The position numbers and the translations under genes are program-made. Below the pieces are notes generated by a model, which saw only the letters and a program-made list of their open reading frames with translations, did not search any database and was not told where the DNA came from. Positions 18,720 through 28,851 of a stretch of 50,230 nucleotides of DNA are shown piece by piece. Within the stretch, counting starts at the first letter, position 1. Each line of letters begins with the position of its first letter. Location of the stretch: contig MHSR01000025.1 of assembly GCA_001822815.1 (NCBI GenBank), positions 1 through 50,230 on the forward strand. The letters are read 5' to 3'. This stretch comes from Candidatus Terrybacteria bacterium RIFCSPHIGHO2_01_FULL_43_35. GTDB taxonomy: Bacteria > Patescibacteriota > Minisyncoccia > Terrybacterales > GWB1-40-14.

Positions 18720-19910
18720 ATGAAACTATTGCTTAAAATTACCGTCCCGGCTTTTTTAATTTTAGCCAGCATCGGCGCCGGTATGATCATGGAATATTAC
18801 GTCCAACCCCTTGCTTCTTTCGCAGAAAAACAAAATCATAATACCGTTTCGTTAGATACCGACAAGCTGAATAATGTATGGAGCTTACTTAATCAAAAAT
18901 ATGTTAATCCTGATTCCTTGAACAGCCGAAATGCCTTGTTTGGTGCGATACGAGGTATGGTTAATGCTATAGGCGACCCCTACACCACCTTTTTTGATCC
19001 TCAAGAAGCTAAACTTTTTCTATCTGATGCTGAAGGTTCTTTTGAAGGTATTGGAGCCGAAATAGGTGTACGCAGAGATTTAATCACCATCATTTCACCC
19101 ATACATGGAACTCCTGCTGACGAAGCTGGACTCAAAGCAGGAGATATAATATTAAAAATAGATGAAAAACCAACAGCGTCTTTGGGTTTGGACGAGGCCG
19201 TATCGTTGATACGCGGCGATAAAGGAACTATTGTCAAATTACTTATTGCTCGAGATGAAAATGACCCGTTTATCAAAGAAATCATACGCGCGCAAATTAC
19301 TATACCTTCTGTAGCATTAAAGATGGACGGTTCAATTGCGTATCTGCAATTATTCAATTTTACTCAGAAATCCTCGGAAGAGTTCAATGCCGCGGCGCTA
19401 CAACTCATAAATAATCATGCTCAAGGTATAATTCTTGATTTGAGGAATAATCCAGGCGGATATTTGGAACGATCAGTTGATATAGCCGGTTGGTTCCTGG
19501 CGCGCGAATCAGTTGTGGTTATTGAGGAAGATAAAAATCAGCAACGAACTTATGAGAAGTCAAAGGGCAGCGGCAGATTAAAGGATATACCCATGATTAT
19601 CTTAATAAACGAGGGCTCGGCTTCAGCCGCGGAAATTCTCGCCGGAGCTCTATCTGATAATCTACACGTTCGTTTGGTAGGCACGAATAGTTTCGGTAAG
19701 GGTTCAGTTCAAAGCCTTGAGGAATTACCAGACGATTCAGCTGTTAAGATAACTGTGGCCAAGTGGCTTACACCTAACGGAGCTTCAATTAACGACCAGG
19801 GGATTAAGCCGGACATTGAGGTAAAACTTACCCAAGAAGACGAGGACGAAAAGAAAGATCCGCAGTTTGAAAAAGCCAAAGAACTTTTGCTGGAATCTTT
19901 AAAGAAATGA
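18720..19910 (+). CDS. ctpA: S41 family carboxy-terminal processing protease with PDZ domain
   Basis: DPYT, GIGA, DLRNNPGG, SASAAE, FGKGSVQ, GIKPD. Confidence 0.93.
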   Translation: MKLLLKITVPAFLILASIGAGMIMEYYVQPLASFAEKQNHNTVSLDTDKLNNVWSLLNQKYVNPDSLNSRNALFGAIRGMVNAIGDPYTTFFDPQEAKLFLSDAEGSFEGIGAEIGVRRDLITIISPIHGTPADEAGLKAGDIILKIDEKPTASLGLDEAVSLIRGDKGTIVKLLIARDENDPFIKEIIRAQITIPSVALKMDGSIAYLQLFNFTQKSSEEFNAAALQLINNHAQGIILDLRNNPGGYLERSVDIAGWFLARESVVVIEEDKNQQRTYEKSKGSGRLKDIPMIILINEGSASAAEILAGALSDNLHVRLVGTNSFGKGSVQSLEELPDDSAVKITVAKWLTPNGASINDQGIKPDIEVKLTQEDEDEKKDPQFEKAKELLLESLKK

Positions 19911-20173
19911 GTGGTAATACAGATAAAAACAATGTAAGTTACGCCAATATTATAGTTTCTGGTAAAGTTCAAGGAGTATTTTTCAGGACTAACGGACTTA
20001 ATATGGCTAAGCAATTAGGATTAAAATGTATTGCAGAAAATCAATCAGATGGTACAGTATATTTTACTGTCGAGGGACGCAAAGAAAACATCGATGCCTT
20101 CATCGCCTGGTGTCGTAAAGGCCCACCGTTGGCGCAAGTCACGAATGTTGCTTCATTTTGGGATTTGGAGTAA
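19907..20173 (+). CDS. acyP: acylphosphatase
   Basis: GKVQGVFFR, NQSDGTV, GPPLAQV. Confidence 0.9.
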   Translation: MSGNTDKNNVSYANIIVSGKVQGVFFRTNGLNMAKQLGLKCIAENQSDGTVYFTVEGRKENIDAFIAWCRKGPPLAQVTNVASFWDLE

Positions 20174-20233
20174 ATTATATTAATCATATTAAGTAAACTC
20201 GAAGTTTTGAAATCGCAAGCAATCCTTACTTTC

Positions 20234-20701
20234 ATGAAAATAATTCTAATGAAAAACCTGGAGAATGTGGGGGAACAATGGGATGTAAAAAACGTTGCCG
20301 ATGGCTACGCAATGAATTTTCTTATTCCTCGAGGCCTGGCTATCCCGGCTACACTCAAAACTATCGCGGAAGCAAATAGGAAGAAAGGGGAGTTGATTAA
20401 ATCTGCTGAAGCCGATCTAGCTAAGGTACAGCAATTAGCCGCATCACTCGGAGATTACGAGATCACTATACCGGTTAAGGCATCGGCGGAAGGAACGCTT
20501 TATGCCGGCATTACCGCAAAGATAATCAGCGATGCGCTTCTTAAACAAGGTTTTCATGTACCGGTTAAATATGTTAAATTAGTTGAAAATATACATTCCT
20601 TAGGAGAATACCAGATTTTGCTTGCATTTGATCACGGTCTTGAGGCAACTATAAAGGTTATTGTTGAGCCGGTACAGCAAGATGTCTTGATTGAAAATTG
20701 A
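20234..20701 (+). CDS. rplI: 50S ribosomal protein L9
   Basis: MKIILM, VADGYAMNFLIPRGLA, LGEY; start at ATG 20234. Confidence 0.95.
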   Translation: MKIILMKNLENVGEQWDVKNVADGYAMNFLIPRGLAIPATLKTIAEANRKKGELIKSAEADLAKVQQLAASLGDYEITIPVKASAEGTLYAGITAKIISDALLKQGFHVPVKYVKLVENIHSLGEYQILLAFDHGLEATIKVIVEPVQQDVLIEN

Positions 20702-20723
20702 TTTTAAAGAGCGCAACGTATAC

Positions 20724-20760
20724 AAAAACATCCCTTCGATAATTAGGGATGCTTTCATTT
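20724..20760. terminator. bidirectional terminator between convergent rplI and rpmA
   Basis: CATCCCT (20729-35)/AGGGATG (20745-51) flanked by A and T runs. Confidence 0.7.
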
Positions 20761-21042
20761 TTATTTTTCTTCAACTACGCTTACGATATTGGAAATACGC
20801 GATCGGCCGTCAAAACGCTTTTTCTTTATGGCCCTGAATTTAACGATTCCTACAGTTAAAGAGAATAATGTATCGTCGGCGGCCCGTTTGACATTTTCTC
20901 CAGGCAAAAATTTTGTTCCGCGCTGGCGTATCAAAATAGAACCGGCTTTAGCTCTTTCCCCGGCAAACAGTTTTACTCCAAGCCTTTTAGATATTGAATC
21001 GCGTCCTAGTTTTGTAGAGCCCGAGGCTTTTGTCTTAGACAT
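20761..21042 (-). CDS. rpmA: 50S ribosomal protein L27
   Basis: [27 protein letters not shown]. Confidence 0.97.
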   Translation of the reverse strand: MSKTKASGSTKLGRDSISKRLGVKLFAGERAKAGSILIRQRGTKFLPGENVKRAADDTLFSLTVGIVKFRAIKKKRFDGRSRISNIVSVVEEK

Positions 21043-21131
21043 GCTAGTTGTTGCCCACGAGCTACGCGAGTAGATGCAACAATATGCATCTCTTCGAGTC
21101 TGAACGACCCGAGCAGAGTCGAGGGATTACT
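21043..21131. repeat. composite REP-like repeat, copy 1 (abuts rpmA start codon)
   Basis: GCTAGTTGTTGCCCACGAGC..GATGCAACAA module shared with 37836-37875; TGCATCTCTTCGAGTCTGAA..GTCGAGGGA module shared with 36336 and 37934. Confidence 0.9.
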
Positions 21132-21206
21132 CTTATTGATCAACTTAAAAATAATATACGGATGGATAGTATATGTCAATACGGCTAACATTGCACGACA
21201 TCAATT

Positions 21207-21578
21207 ATGGAACTTACTTTCTGGAAAAGAAATAAAACTAATCAGAAAGATATATGGATAGCCATAACGGTTGCTTTAATGGTATCCGGTTCTTTTTTCG
21301 CTGGCTATCTTTTGGCGCCAAACCCAGAAAAAGGCGCCTTAATCGTCCAAAATATACCCGAAGAAGCCTTAAAAATAGGGGATAATTCGGCTATTAATAC
21401 CCCTCAAAACGGCCCAAAACAGGTCCTAGGAGCCTTTTTCGGCTCAAGGGATGGGAAAAAGTACTACCCTTTAACTTGCCCCGAAGCGACTAAGATTTCC
21501 GAAGATAAGAAAGTCTGGTTTATCTCCAAAGAAGAAGCAGAATCGGCTGGATATCAACCATCTAAAACTTGCTTTTGA
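21207..21578 (+). CDS. membrane-anchored protein with C-terminal Ada metal-binding-like domain
   Basis: N-terminal TM; GSRDGKKYYPLTC....ISEDKKVWF.SKEEAESAGY.P..C. Confidence 0.8.
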   Translation: MELTFWKRNKTNQKDIWIAITVALMVSGSFFAGYLLAPNPEKGALIVQNIPEEALKIGDNSAINTPQNGPKQVLGAFFGSRDGKKYYPLTCPEATKISEDKKVWFISKEEAESAGYQPSKTCF

Positions 21579-21637
21579 AGTCGATTCTAGGCTTTATAGC
21601 CTAAAAATAAGCATTTTCTAAAAAGGGGGATCTAAAT

Positions 21638-21665
21638 TTGACAAAATTTTATTTTGTGCTATAAG
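21638..21665 (+). promoter_or_regulatory. sigma70 promoter for ORF 21708
   Basis: TTGACA-N16-TATAAG with TGn extension; AAGGAGG SD before ATG 21708. Confidence 0.65.
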
Positions 21666-21707
21666 GTTGTATACAGAACCTTAAAACGTCTTAAAGGAGG
21701 CCGTTAA

Positions 21708-22052
21708 ATGCCGGAAGTCGCAAACGGATGGAATGCGCATTGCAAAGAATACAGAAAGGCGGTAGGAAAGGTTCCGTCGGGGGATTTATATGCAATTGTT
21801 CTGGTTGTTTCAATTGAAGATCATCCCGAATTGAACCATGCTGAATACTGCGTTCGCTTGGGACAGAAAGACGGCCATTCTGAAATCTCTTTATCGAGCT
21901 TTCTGCCGATAGTATTGCGGACAATAACACCAACAGATAAGGATTGGCAAAAGAACTGCAGATTAAATCTTGCCGCAGAAGGATTTGGTGACGCGCCATA
22001 TATGGAATATCCAATTACGGTACGTTGGAAGCCAAAAAGACTTCTCGTATAA
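21708..22052 (+). CDS. hypothetical protein
   Basis: Strong SD and promoter; no recognised motif. Confidence 0.7.
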   Translation: MPEVANGWNAHCKEYRKAVGKVPSGDLYAIVLVVSIEDHPELNHAEYCVRLGQKDGHSEISLSSFLPIVLRTITPTDKDWQKNCRLNLAAEGFGDAPYMEYPITVRWKPKRLLV

Positions 22053-22151
22053 CAAGGATAGGGGGGAATATGCCTTTTATCCTTATTTATTTGACATATT
22101 GCGTCGTACAATATATCTTTCGCGACGCGAAATGAGCCGCTATTTAAAGTC

Positions 22152-22800
22152 TTATTTAATATCCTTATAAAAAGGCTTATAGTTTAGGGGTTCTGATAAT
22201 GGTTCTATCTTTTTTATTGTATTCAAAAAGTCATCTATTGATATTATTTTTATATTTTTCGCTAATTGGTTCTTTTTTCTGCTTATAAACAAATCTACAT
22301 CAGAGATATCTATCTCAGAATTTGCATATACAAAATAAATATCTATCTGCGAATCCATATTCTTATATACCCTCTCCTTTATATTAACCGAACGTTTTAA
22401 AGACCTAATAGAATCCGGATAAAAGATATCTACCGCGAACGTTTTATTCTTTGCATAAATCACAAAATCTGGTCTAATATTAATTCCAATATTTCCTCCC
22501 ATTGTTTTCCGCGTTGACCGATGAGTTTTGCTAAGGAGCTCCTAGTTTCGCCTTTAGTGAAATCTGTAATATCAAATCCTAATAATTCTCTTAATTTTTA
22601 AGTCCACCAAAATTTCTTTGGATTTGCCTAGAGCTTGGTAAGTATTTATAATCATCTACATCAAATGTTGTGGGATAACGACCGTTTTCTTTATAAAATA
22701 GATCAAAGCCTTGTTTTATTTTCTCTAAATCCCAATATTTTTCTAAACCACTCCATTTATACTTGCGTTCCGAAATATTTCTTAAATTTTTATCACGCAT
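22152..22800 (-). pseudogene. disrupted AT-rich gene, PD-(D/E)xK-nuclease-like C-terminus
   Basis: ORF 22800-22591 continues after a 1-nt shift in an A5 run as KLRELLGFDITDFTKGETRSSLAKLIGQRGKQWEE; a second frame change leads to NIRPDFVIYAKNKTFAVDIFYP. Confidence 0.65.
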
Positions 22801-22812
22801 AAATAATTCCGA

Positions 22813-23169
22813 TCAAACTTTATTTACCGGTTGAATTGCCTGCAGAATGATCAAAACAACTTCCTTGAAGGCCGTAAGTAATATCGTGAATATTTTGAAA
22901 GCTACATTGCTTATTTTCTCTATTGTTGCCGAAGGTATATTTGACAGACCGAGATCTTTGAGACTGGGCAAAAACTTAGATCCCAATTTTAAAAATGAAT
23001 CGCTTGAACCAGAAACTGATATATTATTGCCGTTAACAGAAACATTTATTCCCGGCCCATCACTTTGAGATTCAACATCTGCGGCGTGACTAAATTTAAA
23101 AATAAACACGGAAAAAACTATGGCGACGATCAAAAAAGTGTATTTTTTAAAACTCGTATATTTAATCAT
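22813..23169 (-). CDS. secreted/membrane hypothetical protein
   Basis: Signal peptide ending SHA; 4 nt downstream of the M23 gene. Confidence 0.7.
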   Translation of the reverse strand: MIKYTSFKKYTFLIVAIVFSVFIFKFSHAADVESQSDGPGINVSVNGNNISVSGSSDSFLKLGSKFLPSLKDLGLSNIPSATIEKISNVAFKIFTILLTAFKEVVLIILQAIQPVNKV

Positions 23170-23173
23170 AACT

Positions 23174-24409
23174 TTATAAATATTCTAAAGGATCCAAATG
23201 TCCTCCTAGGGGTAATGGACCATACCATCTGTCGATAACTTCAAAAGTGCTTGTTGCATAAACCGTAAAATGTAAATGCGAACCGGTCGAAAAGCCAGTT
23301 GAACCCATGAAACCGATTACGTCACCCTTACTTACGGTTGCGCCAACCGATACGGCTTGTTTAGAAAGATGCGCATACAAAGTAATGAGTCCATTTTTAT
23401 GATCTATGGCAACCCATTTGCCATAAGCGTATCGTCCATCATTCCCAACCGCTATAACCTTCCCGTCCCCGGCTGAATATATTGGCGTGCCCAAACCGGT
23501 TGATGGTGCCAGATCTATACCGTTATGGAACTGATAGCCGTCATTTATAAAACCTGTTTCAGATGTGGGACCGTAATACTGTGTTATCCGGACTTCGTTA
23601 ACGGGCCAGGATAAAATCCCTTTCCCTTTAGGCAAAGAACTAGGATCTATAGCAAAACGCAATTTGGCTTCCAGCGCTATTATGTTTTTTTGAATTTCTG
23701 TCTGCTGCGATTCTAATTGCTTAACTGATTTTTGGTATACGGTTTCTTGTTGACGGGTATCCTTCAGCAGTATATTTTTTTCTGAACGCTGATCTTCGGT
23801 TAATTCTTGTTGCAAGGTTAATTGCGTCCGTAAAGCAACTAGATTGTTTTCTTGGGCCTTAGCATCCGCTTCATCCTTAACTAAATTAGCCGATAATTCT
23901 TGAGCAACATTAAGGCGCGTCTTAAGTTCTCCTTCCAATTTCTGAACGCTATATAAGTTTTGAAACATTGAGCTTAGACTCTTGGCGTTTAAGGAAAGTT
24001 CTACTATATCCGGTGGTCCAGTCTCATAAATTAATTGCAGGGTTGAAGCAATACGGCTTTTCTCAAGATTTATAGCTTCTTGGGTCTGTTTAATTTTGAT
24101 TTCTATTTCTTCTATTTTTAATTTGACCTCATCAATTTGTTCTTCGGTTACGGCTATCTCAAGTTCAAGAGCCTCTATTTGTTTATTGAATTTATAGATT
24201 TGATTTTGCAATGATCTCTCCTTACTCTGGGCTTCAGCTAAGCTCTGTTTGGCTTCAGCGGCTCTTTGCTGTAAATCCTTAACTTCCTGACTTTTAGCTG
24301 CTATCTGCTGACGTAAATCGTCTATTAATCCTCCGTTCGCGACAAAAGGCAATAAAAACAAAAAGCCCATAAATATAAGGGCAAAAATTGTATGGAGATG
24401 CCTTCCCAT
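23174..24409 (-). CDS. coiled-coil M23 peptidase (EnvC/NlpD-like)
   Basis: Long heptad region; HNGID, YAHL, STGSHLHF. Confidence 0.92.
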   Translation of the reverse strand: MGRHLHTIFALIFMGFLFLLPFVANGGLIDDLRQQIAAKSQEVKDLQQRAAEAKQSLAEAQSKERSLQNQIYKFNKQIEALELEIAVTEEQIDEVKLKIEEIEIKIKQTQEAINLEKSRIASTLQLIYETGPPDIVELSLNAKSLSSMFQNLYSVQKLEGELKTRLNVAQELSANLVKDEADAKAQENNLVALRTQLTLQQELTEDQRSEKNILLKDTRQQETVYQKSVKQLESQQTEIQKNIIALEAKLRFAIDPSSLPKGKGILSWPVNEVRITQYYGPTSETGFINDGYQFHNGIDLAPSTGLGTPIYSAGDGKVIAVGNDGRYAYGKWVAIDHKNGLITLYAHLSKQAVSVGATVSKGDVIGFMGSTGFSTGSHLHFTVYATSTFEVIDRWYGPLPLGGHLDPLEYL

Positions 24410-24466
24410 ATATTAATGATAACAGAAAAACGTCTTTGATGTAAATTCTAACAAGTTAAAAAGGCC

Positions 24467-25057
24467 TTAAATAAGGCCTTGTTCTTCGATTGCCGCGCAG
24501 GCTTTTTCAAGTTCTTGGGCAAGATATGCATTTGTCTGTCTGGCTAATGGGATAAAAAACTCTTTTGTTTCTTTCAGGTTTCGTGCCTGTTTATCTGGAG
24601 TGCAAGCGCTCAAACTTCGTACGTTATCCAAACGGTCAGCTAATTTGAGTATTTTTACATCTTCCGTTGCGTTCGCAATATTAGCAAGATAGGTTTTCTT
24701 CTGACGTTTGTTGGGTTTAGGATCCTTGGTCAGCAAACGCACGAGTCTGTATACCCTCGGACCAAAAATCCTTTTTAAGTCTTTCCACGTAAGCAAAAAG
24801 GTGTCTTCCATTACGTCGTGAAGTAAAGCGCTTTCATGCATTTCCACATCCCATATGCTCAATTCATCACCAAGAATACGAGCTACTCTTTTGGGATGCT
24901 CGAAATAGCGTTCGCCGCTATCTCGCCATTGATTACGGTGGCCGTATTTTGAATGCCTATAAGCCAAACGGGCACGCTCAAGTTTTTCTTCGGAAATCCC
25001 ATCATTATGATCTTTAAGACTTTTTGCAAATACCAACTCGCCGCGCTGTACTCGCAT
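24467..25057 (-). CDS. stand-alone RelA/SpoT-type HD hydrolase (small alarmone hydrolase/Mesh1-like)
   Basis: R.SGERYFEHP, ALLHDVMEDT, LTK, KLADRLDN; GAGGTG SD before ATG 25057. Confidence 0.88.
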   Translation of the reverse strand: MRVQRGELVFAKSLKDHNDGISEEKLERARLAYRHSKYGHRNQWRDSGERYFEHPKRVARILGDELSIWDVEMHESALLHDVMEDTFLLTWKDLKRIFGPRVYRLVRLLTKDPKPNKRQKKTYLANIANATEDVKILKLADRLDNVRSLSACTPDKQARNLKETKEFFIPLARQTNAYLAQELEKACAAIEEQGLI

Positions 25058-25101
25058 GACACACCTCATTTTTCAAAGAAGGTGCGTAATTTATAACACG
25101 T

Positions 25102-26607
25102 TTAATTAATTTTGGCAACGGCCTCATCAATGCGTTTTAAAGTCTCTTTTCGGCCTAAACTTTTCGCTATTTCAACCGGACCGGGAGATTTATCTAGACC
25201 AGAAAGAGCTACCCGCATCGGCCACAAGACGGCTCCCCTATCCCCATATTTTTGGGCAAGATCCATAACGTCGATTTCAATACGCTCATCCCAATCATTT
25301 TCATTGATATGCGAGATTATCTCTTTAATTTTAATAAGCGCGGTTTTGGCTTCAGCTAAACTTTTCATTTTTTTCCACAATAATAAAGTACTGTCGTAAG
25401 GCGGCGTATTCTCTAAAAATGAAAAAAGTTCTGGAATATGTGGAATGTCCGACGGCCCGTGCAGACGTTGTTCTATCATTCCAAGCATTGCAGTGGCGGC
25501 GTTTGCATTAGAGATAATATGGGCTGGAATAAATTCTTTTATCAGTTCGCGACGCAAATCTACGTCTTTAGGGGTCAACCAACGGTTCTCTTTATGCTTA
25601 TGATAATAATCATCTAACCAGTTAAGTTTATTGTGATCAAATATCGCTCCGCTCTTGTGAATGCGTTCAATAGAAAATTCTTTTGTTAAGTCGTCCAGCG
25701 AAAATATCTCTTGCTCCGTTCCAGGATTCCAACCGAGCAACGCTACAAAATTCAATACCGCCTCGGGATAATAACCTTTAGCAAGATAGTCTTCTACCGC
25801 AACATCACCCTGCCGTTTTGAAAGCTTGGAACGATCGGGGTTCAATAGTAAAGGCAAATGAGCAAAATAAGGCACTTGCCAGTCAAATGCTTTATATAGC
25901 AAAACGTGCTTTGGGGTTGATGGCAACCACTCTTCGCCACGTATTACATGCGTTGTTCCCATTAAGTAATCGTCAATTATGTTTGCCAAGTGATATGTTG
26001 GATAACCATCGCTTTTTAACAAAACATAGTCGTCAAGGAGCTTATTCTGGAAAGAAATCTTGCCGCGTATCATATCCTCAAATGTTGTTTCGTCGCCTTG
26101 GGGCATTTTGAAACGAACGACAAATTTCTCTCCAGCAGTTTGTCTTTTTTCAATCTCTTCTGCACCAAGCTTGCGACAAAGTCGATCATAACCCGTAGGA
26201 ATTTTTGCCCCTTCCTGTTCTTGGCGCAATTTTTCAAGCCGTTCTGGCACACAAAAACACGGATAGGCCTTACCGCTAGCTATTAATTGATTGGCGCTCT
26301 GTTGATAGATTATAAGGCGTTGGGACTGTAGATAGGGGCCAAAATCCCCCTTCTGTTCAATATGATCATTTTTTAAAAACGGACCTTCGTCATGCTCTAT
26401 GCCCATTGCGACAAGTGTTCTTAAAATATTTTCCGCACCTCCTTCCACAAAACGTGATTGATCCGTATCTTCAATACGAATATAAAAAACTCCCTTATGC
26501 TTACGTGCAAAAAGAAAATTATAAAGCGCCGTGCGAAAATTACCCACATGCATCATCCCCGTTGGTGAGGGCGCATAACGCACTCTTACTTTTTTACCTG
26601 TTTCCAT
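25102..26607 (-). CDS. gltX: glutamate--tRNA ligase
   Basis: RYAPSPTG.MHVGN, RIEDTD, RGEEW, KLSKR; GGAGG SD before ATG 26607. Confidence 0.97.
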   Translation of the reverse strand: METGKKVRVRYAPSPTGMMHVGNFRTALYNFLFARKHKGVFYIRIEDTDQSRFVEGGAENILRTLVAMGIEHDEGPFLKNDHIEQKGDFGPYLQSQRLIIYQQSANQLIASGKAYPCFCVPERLEKLRQEQEGAKIPTGYDRLCRKLGAEEIEKRQTAGEKFVVRFKMPQGDETTFEDMIRGKISFQNKLLDDYVLLKSDGYPTYHLANIIDDYLMGTTHVIRGEEWLPSTPKHVLLYKAFDWQVPYFAHLPLLLNPDRSKLSKRQGDVAVEDYLAKGYYPEAVLNFVALLGWNPGTEQEIFSLDDLTKEFSIERIHKSGAIFDHNKLNWLDDYYHKHKENRWLTPKDVDLRRELIKEFIPAHIISNANAATAMLGMIEQRLHGPSDIPHIPELFSFLENTPPYDSTLLLWKKMKSLAEAKTALIKIKEIISHINENDWDERIEIDVMDLAQKYGDRGAVLWPMRVALSGLDKSPGPVEIAKSLGRKETLKRIDEAVAKIN

Positions 26608-27754
26608 AAAAATTTTCCTCCTGGTTGGATAAATCAATTATTATTTTGGCAATTATCGTTGTCGCTTCCGGTTTGGCAAAACTTTTGGCGGCTTGAGCCA
26701 TTTGGGACAACATCAACGGATTGGCAAACAATTCTTTTGTTTTTTCTAAAAATATATGCGGAGTGGCATTATCACCCAAAAGCATAATACTCGCGCCGAT
26801 TTTGGTATATATTTCTGCGTTTTTGAGCTGGTGGTCGCCTGCTGACCCTTGGAGAGGAATAAGAATGCTTGGCTTGCCGGCCAGAGCTATTTCAAATATT
26901 GATCCTGCCCCTGCCCGACTTATTATAACATCGGAAGATTTATAAGCCTCAACGAGTTCTTCTGCGGAAAGAAAAGGCCGCAGATGATAAAACTTGGCCA
27001 GCTCCGGATTTTTCTCAAGAACCGTTTGTGATTCAAGCGACATATCCTTAAAATTTTTATCGCCGCATTGATGAATAATATCGGCAAAACCCAAGAGTTG
27101 CGTGAGGGTTTCCATAATAAGCGCGTTTATTTCTTGCGCTCCTTGACTGCCGCCTAAAACCAGAAGCGTTTTTCGTATCTTTGAATTATCATGCGATGTA
27201 TCCAAAAACTTAGAAAATTCGCTGACTATTTCTTTTCTTATTGGGTTGCCAGTCAAAACTGTTTTACTTTGTGGGAAAAATATCTTGCTAGATGGGAAAG
27301 ATAAGACTATTTTGCTAGCCAGATGCGAACTAATTTTATTGGCTAATCCAGGAACTGCATCGGATTCATGAATTAAAATCGGTATCTTAAATAACCAGGC
27401 GGCTAATACCGGGCTAAAACCTCCAAAGCCACCTTTACTGAATACTACATCCGGCATGATTTTCCACATATGCCATATTGCTAAAACGATAGATACGGGA
27501 ATCTTAATCATTTCCCATAAGATTTTTGGCGTAAAATAACGCGGAATTTTCCCAGCGGGTATTATTATGACTTTGATTCCCAAATGCTTCAAAGCGTCCA
27601 CGCCAAATCCGTTAGGTCCTAAAAAATAAATATCTATATCTGTATCTGTAAGAATGCTTTTCAATTCCGAGATAAGGGCAATAATGGGAAACATATGACC
27701 ACCAGTACCGCCTCCAGAAACAACCAAGCGAAAATTTTTAAGATTAGCGTTCAT
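26594..27754 (-). CDS. murG: undecaprenyl-PP-MurNAc-pentapeptide GlcNAc transferase
   Basis: GGGTGGH, HESD.VPGLAN, GNPIR, GGSQGA, HQ.KNA. Confidence 0.96.
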   Translation of the reverse strand: MNANLKNFRLVVSGGGTGGHMFPIIALISELKSILTDTDIDIYFLGPNGFGVDALKHLGIKVIIIPAGKIPRYFTPKILWEMIKIPVSIVLAIWHMWKIMPDVVFSKGGFGGFSPVLAAWLFKIPILIHESDAVPGLANKISSHLASKIVLSFPSSKIFFPQSKTVLTGNPIRKEIVSEFSKFLDTSHDNSKIRKTLLVLGGSQGAQEINALIMETLTQLLGFADIIHQCGDKNFKDMSLESQTVLEKNPELAKFYHLRPFLSAEELVEAYKSSDVIISRAGAGSIFEIALAGKPSILIPLQGSAGDHQLKNAEIYTKIGASIMLLGDNATPHIFLEKTKELFANPLMLSQMAQAAKSFAKPEATTIIAKIIIDLSNQEENFYGNR

Positions 27755-28848
27755 GCTTCTTCGTTAATTCTAGATATGCCAAAAATTACTCCTATAGAAA
27801 TTAAAGTTATGGCTAAAGACGATGAGCCGTAGCTTACAAAAGGCAGGGTTATGCCAACCAAAGGCGTCAAAGACAAATTACCCGCCATATTCAATAATGC
27901 CTGTATTACTATCCAGGACGTCAAACCGAAAGCAAAAAGTTGTAAGAATTCGCTTGATGCGCGTAATGCTATCCTAAAACCTCGCCAGGCTAATAAAACA
28001 AACATAACAATAAAAGTTGCTGAACCCACAAGACCAATTTCTTCCCCCATTACTGCAAATATTGAGTCACCAACGGGCTCAGGTAAATACAAGAATTTTT
28101 GTCTAGAAAAACCAAAACCGCGTCCAGTTAGTCCGCCAGAACCTATGGCTAGCGTTGCCTGACTTATTTGATAGCCATGTCCCAACGGATCTGACCCCGG
28201 GTTAATAAAAGCCGTCAATCGGTTCAAACGGTATGGAGCTACCATAATCAACAAAATAAGAACAAGCGCACCTAAACCAAGGGTTCCAAAAATATGTTTC
28301 ATTTTAGCTCCAGCAACAAACAGCATGGCCAAAGCCGTAAACGACAAAACGCCTAAAGTGGAGATGTCCGGCTGCAAAATCAAGAATATACCTACTGTTC
28401 CGGAAATGGCCAAAAATGGTAACAAGCCTTCTTCAAATGAACCAAGTTCATCTTTATGTTTAGAGAGCCAAGCCGCCAGATAAAGTATAAATGTAAATTT
28501 GGCTATTTCGGCAGGCTGAAAACCTAAAGGCCCAAACGATATCCAACGATGAGCGCCGCCTGCGCCATAGCCAACGTCAGGAATAAAAACTAATACTAAA
28601 AGTAGTATGGTCAAAACCATAAGCGGAAAAGCTAAAGCTCTCCACAATCCTTCTTTGATGCGTGAAGCGACGAAACCCAACAAAAGCCCCAAGGGAAGCC
28701 CAAGTATCATCTGGCGTGAAATATAATAAAATGGCTGATCAAAATCCGCAGTCCCTTGAACCACGGAGGCGCTGGTTAACACCAAAAGTCCGCTACCAAG
28801 CAAGGCTAGGGATAAAAAAATTAAAATTCTATCGCCTTTGAAATTCAT
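27751..28848 (-). CDS. ftsW: SEDS family cell division protein
   Basis: RWI, FQPAE.AK, QPD, GYQ, LPE..GDSIFA, TLPFVSYGSS; located between murD and murG. Confidence 0.94.
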   Translation of the reverse strand: MNFKGDRILIFLSLALLGSGLLVLTSASVVQGTADFDQPFYYISRQMILGLPLGLLLGFVASRIKEGLWRALAFPLMVLTILLLVLVFIPDVGYGAGGAHRWISFGPLGFQPAEIAKFTFILYLAAWLSKHKDELGSFEEGLLPFLAISGTVGIFLILQPDISTLGVLSFTALAMLFVAGAKMKHIFGTLGLGALVLILLIMVAPYRLNRLTAFINPGSDPLGHGYQISQATLAIGSGGLTGRGFGFSRQKFLYLPEPVGDSIFAVMGEEIGLVGSATFIVMFVLLAWRGFRIALRASSEFLQLFAFGLTSWIVIQALLNMAGNLSLTPLVGITLPFVSYGSSSLAITLISIGVIFGISRINEEA

Positions 28849-28851
28849 AGT

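Noticed and set aside
22588-22603. Programmed -1 frameshift at CTTAAAAATTAA
   Set aside because: Not an X-XXY-YYZ slippery site, and a second downstream break indicates decay
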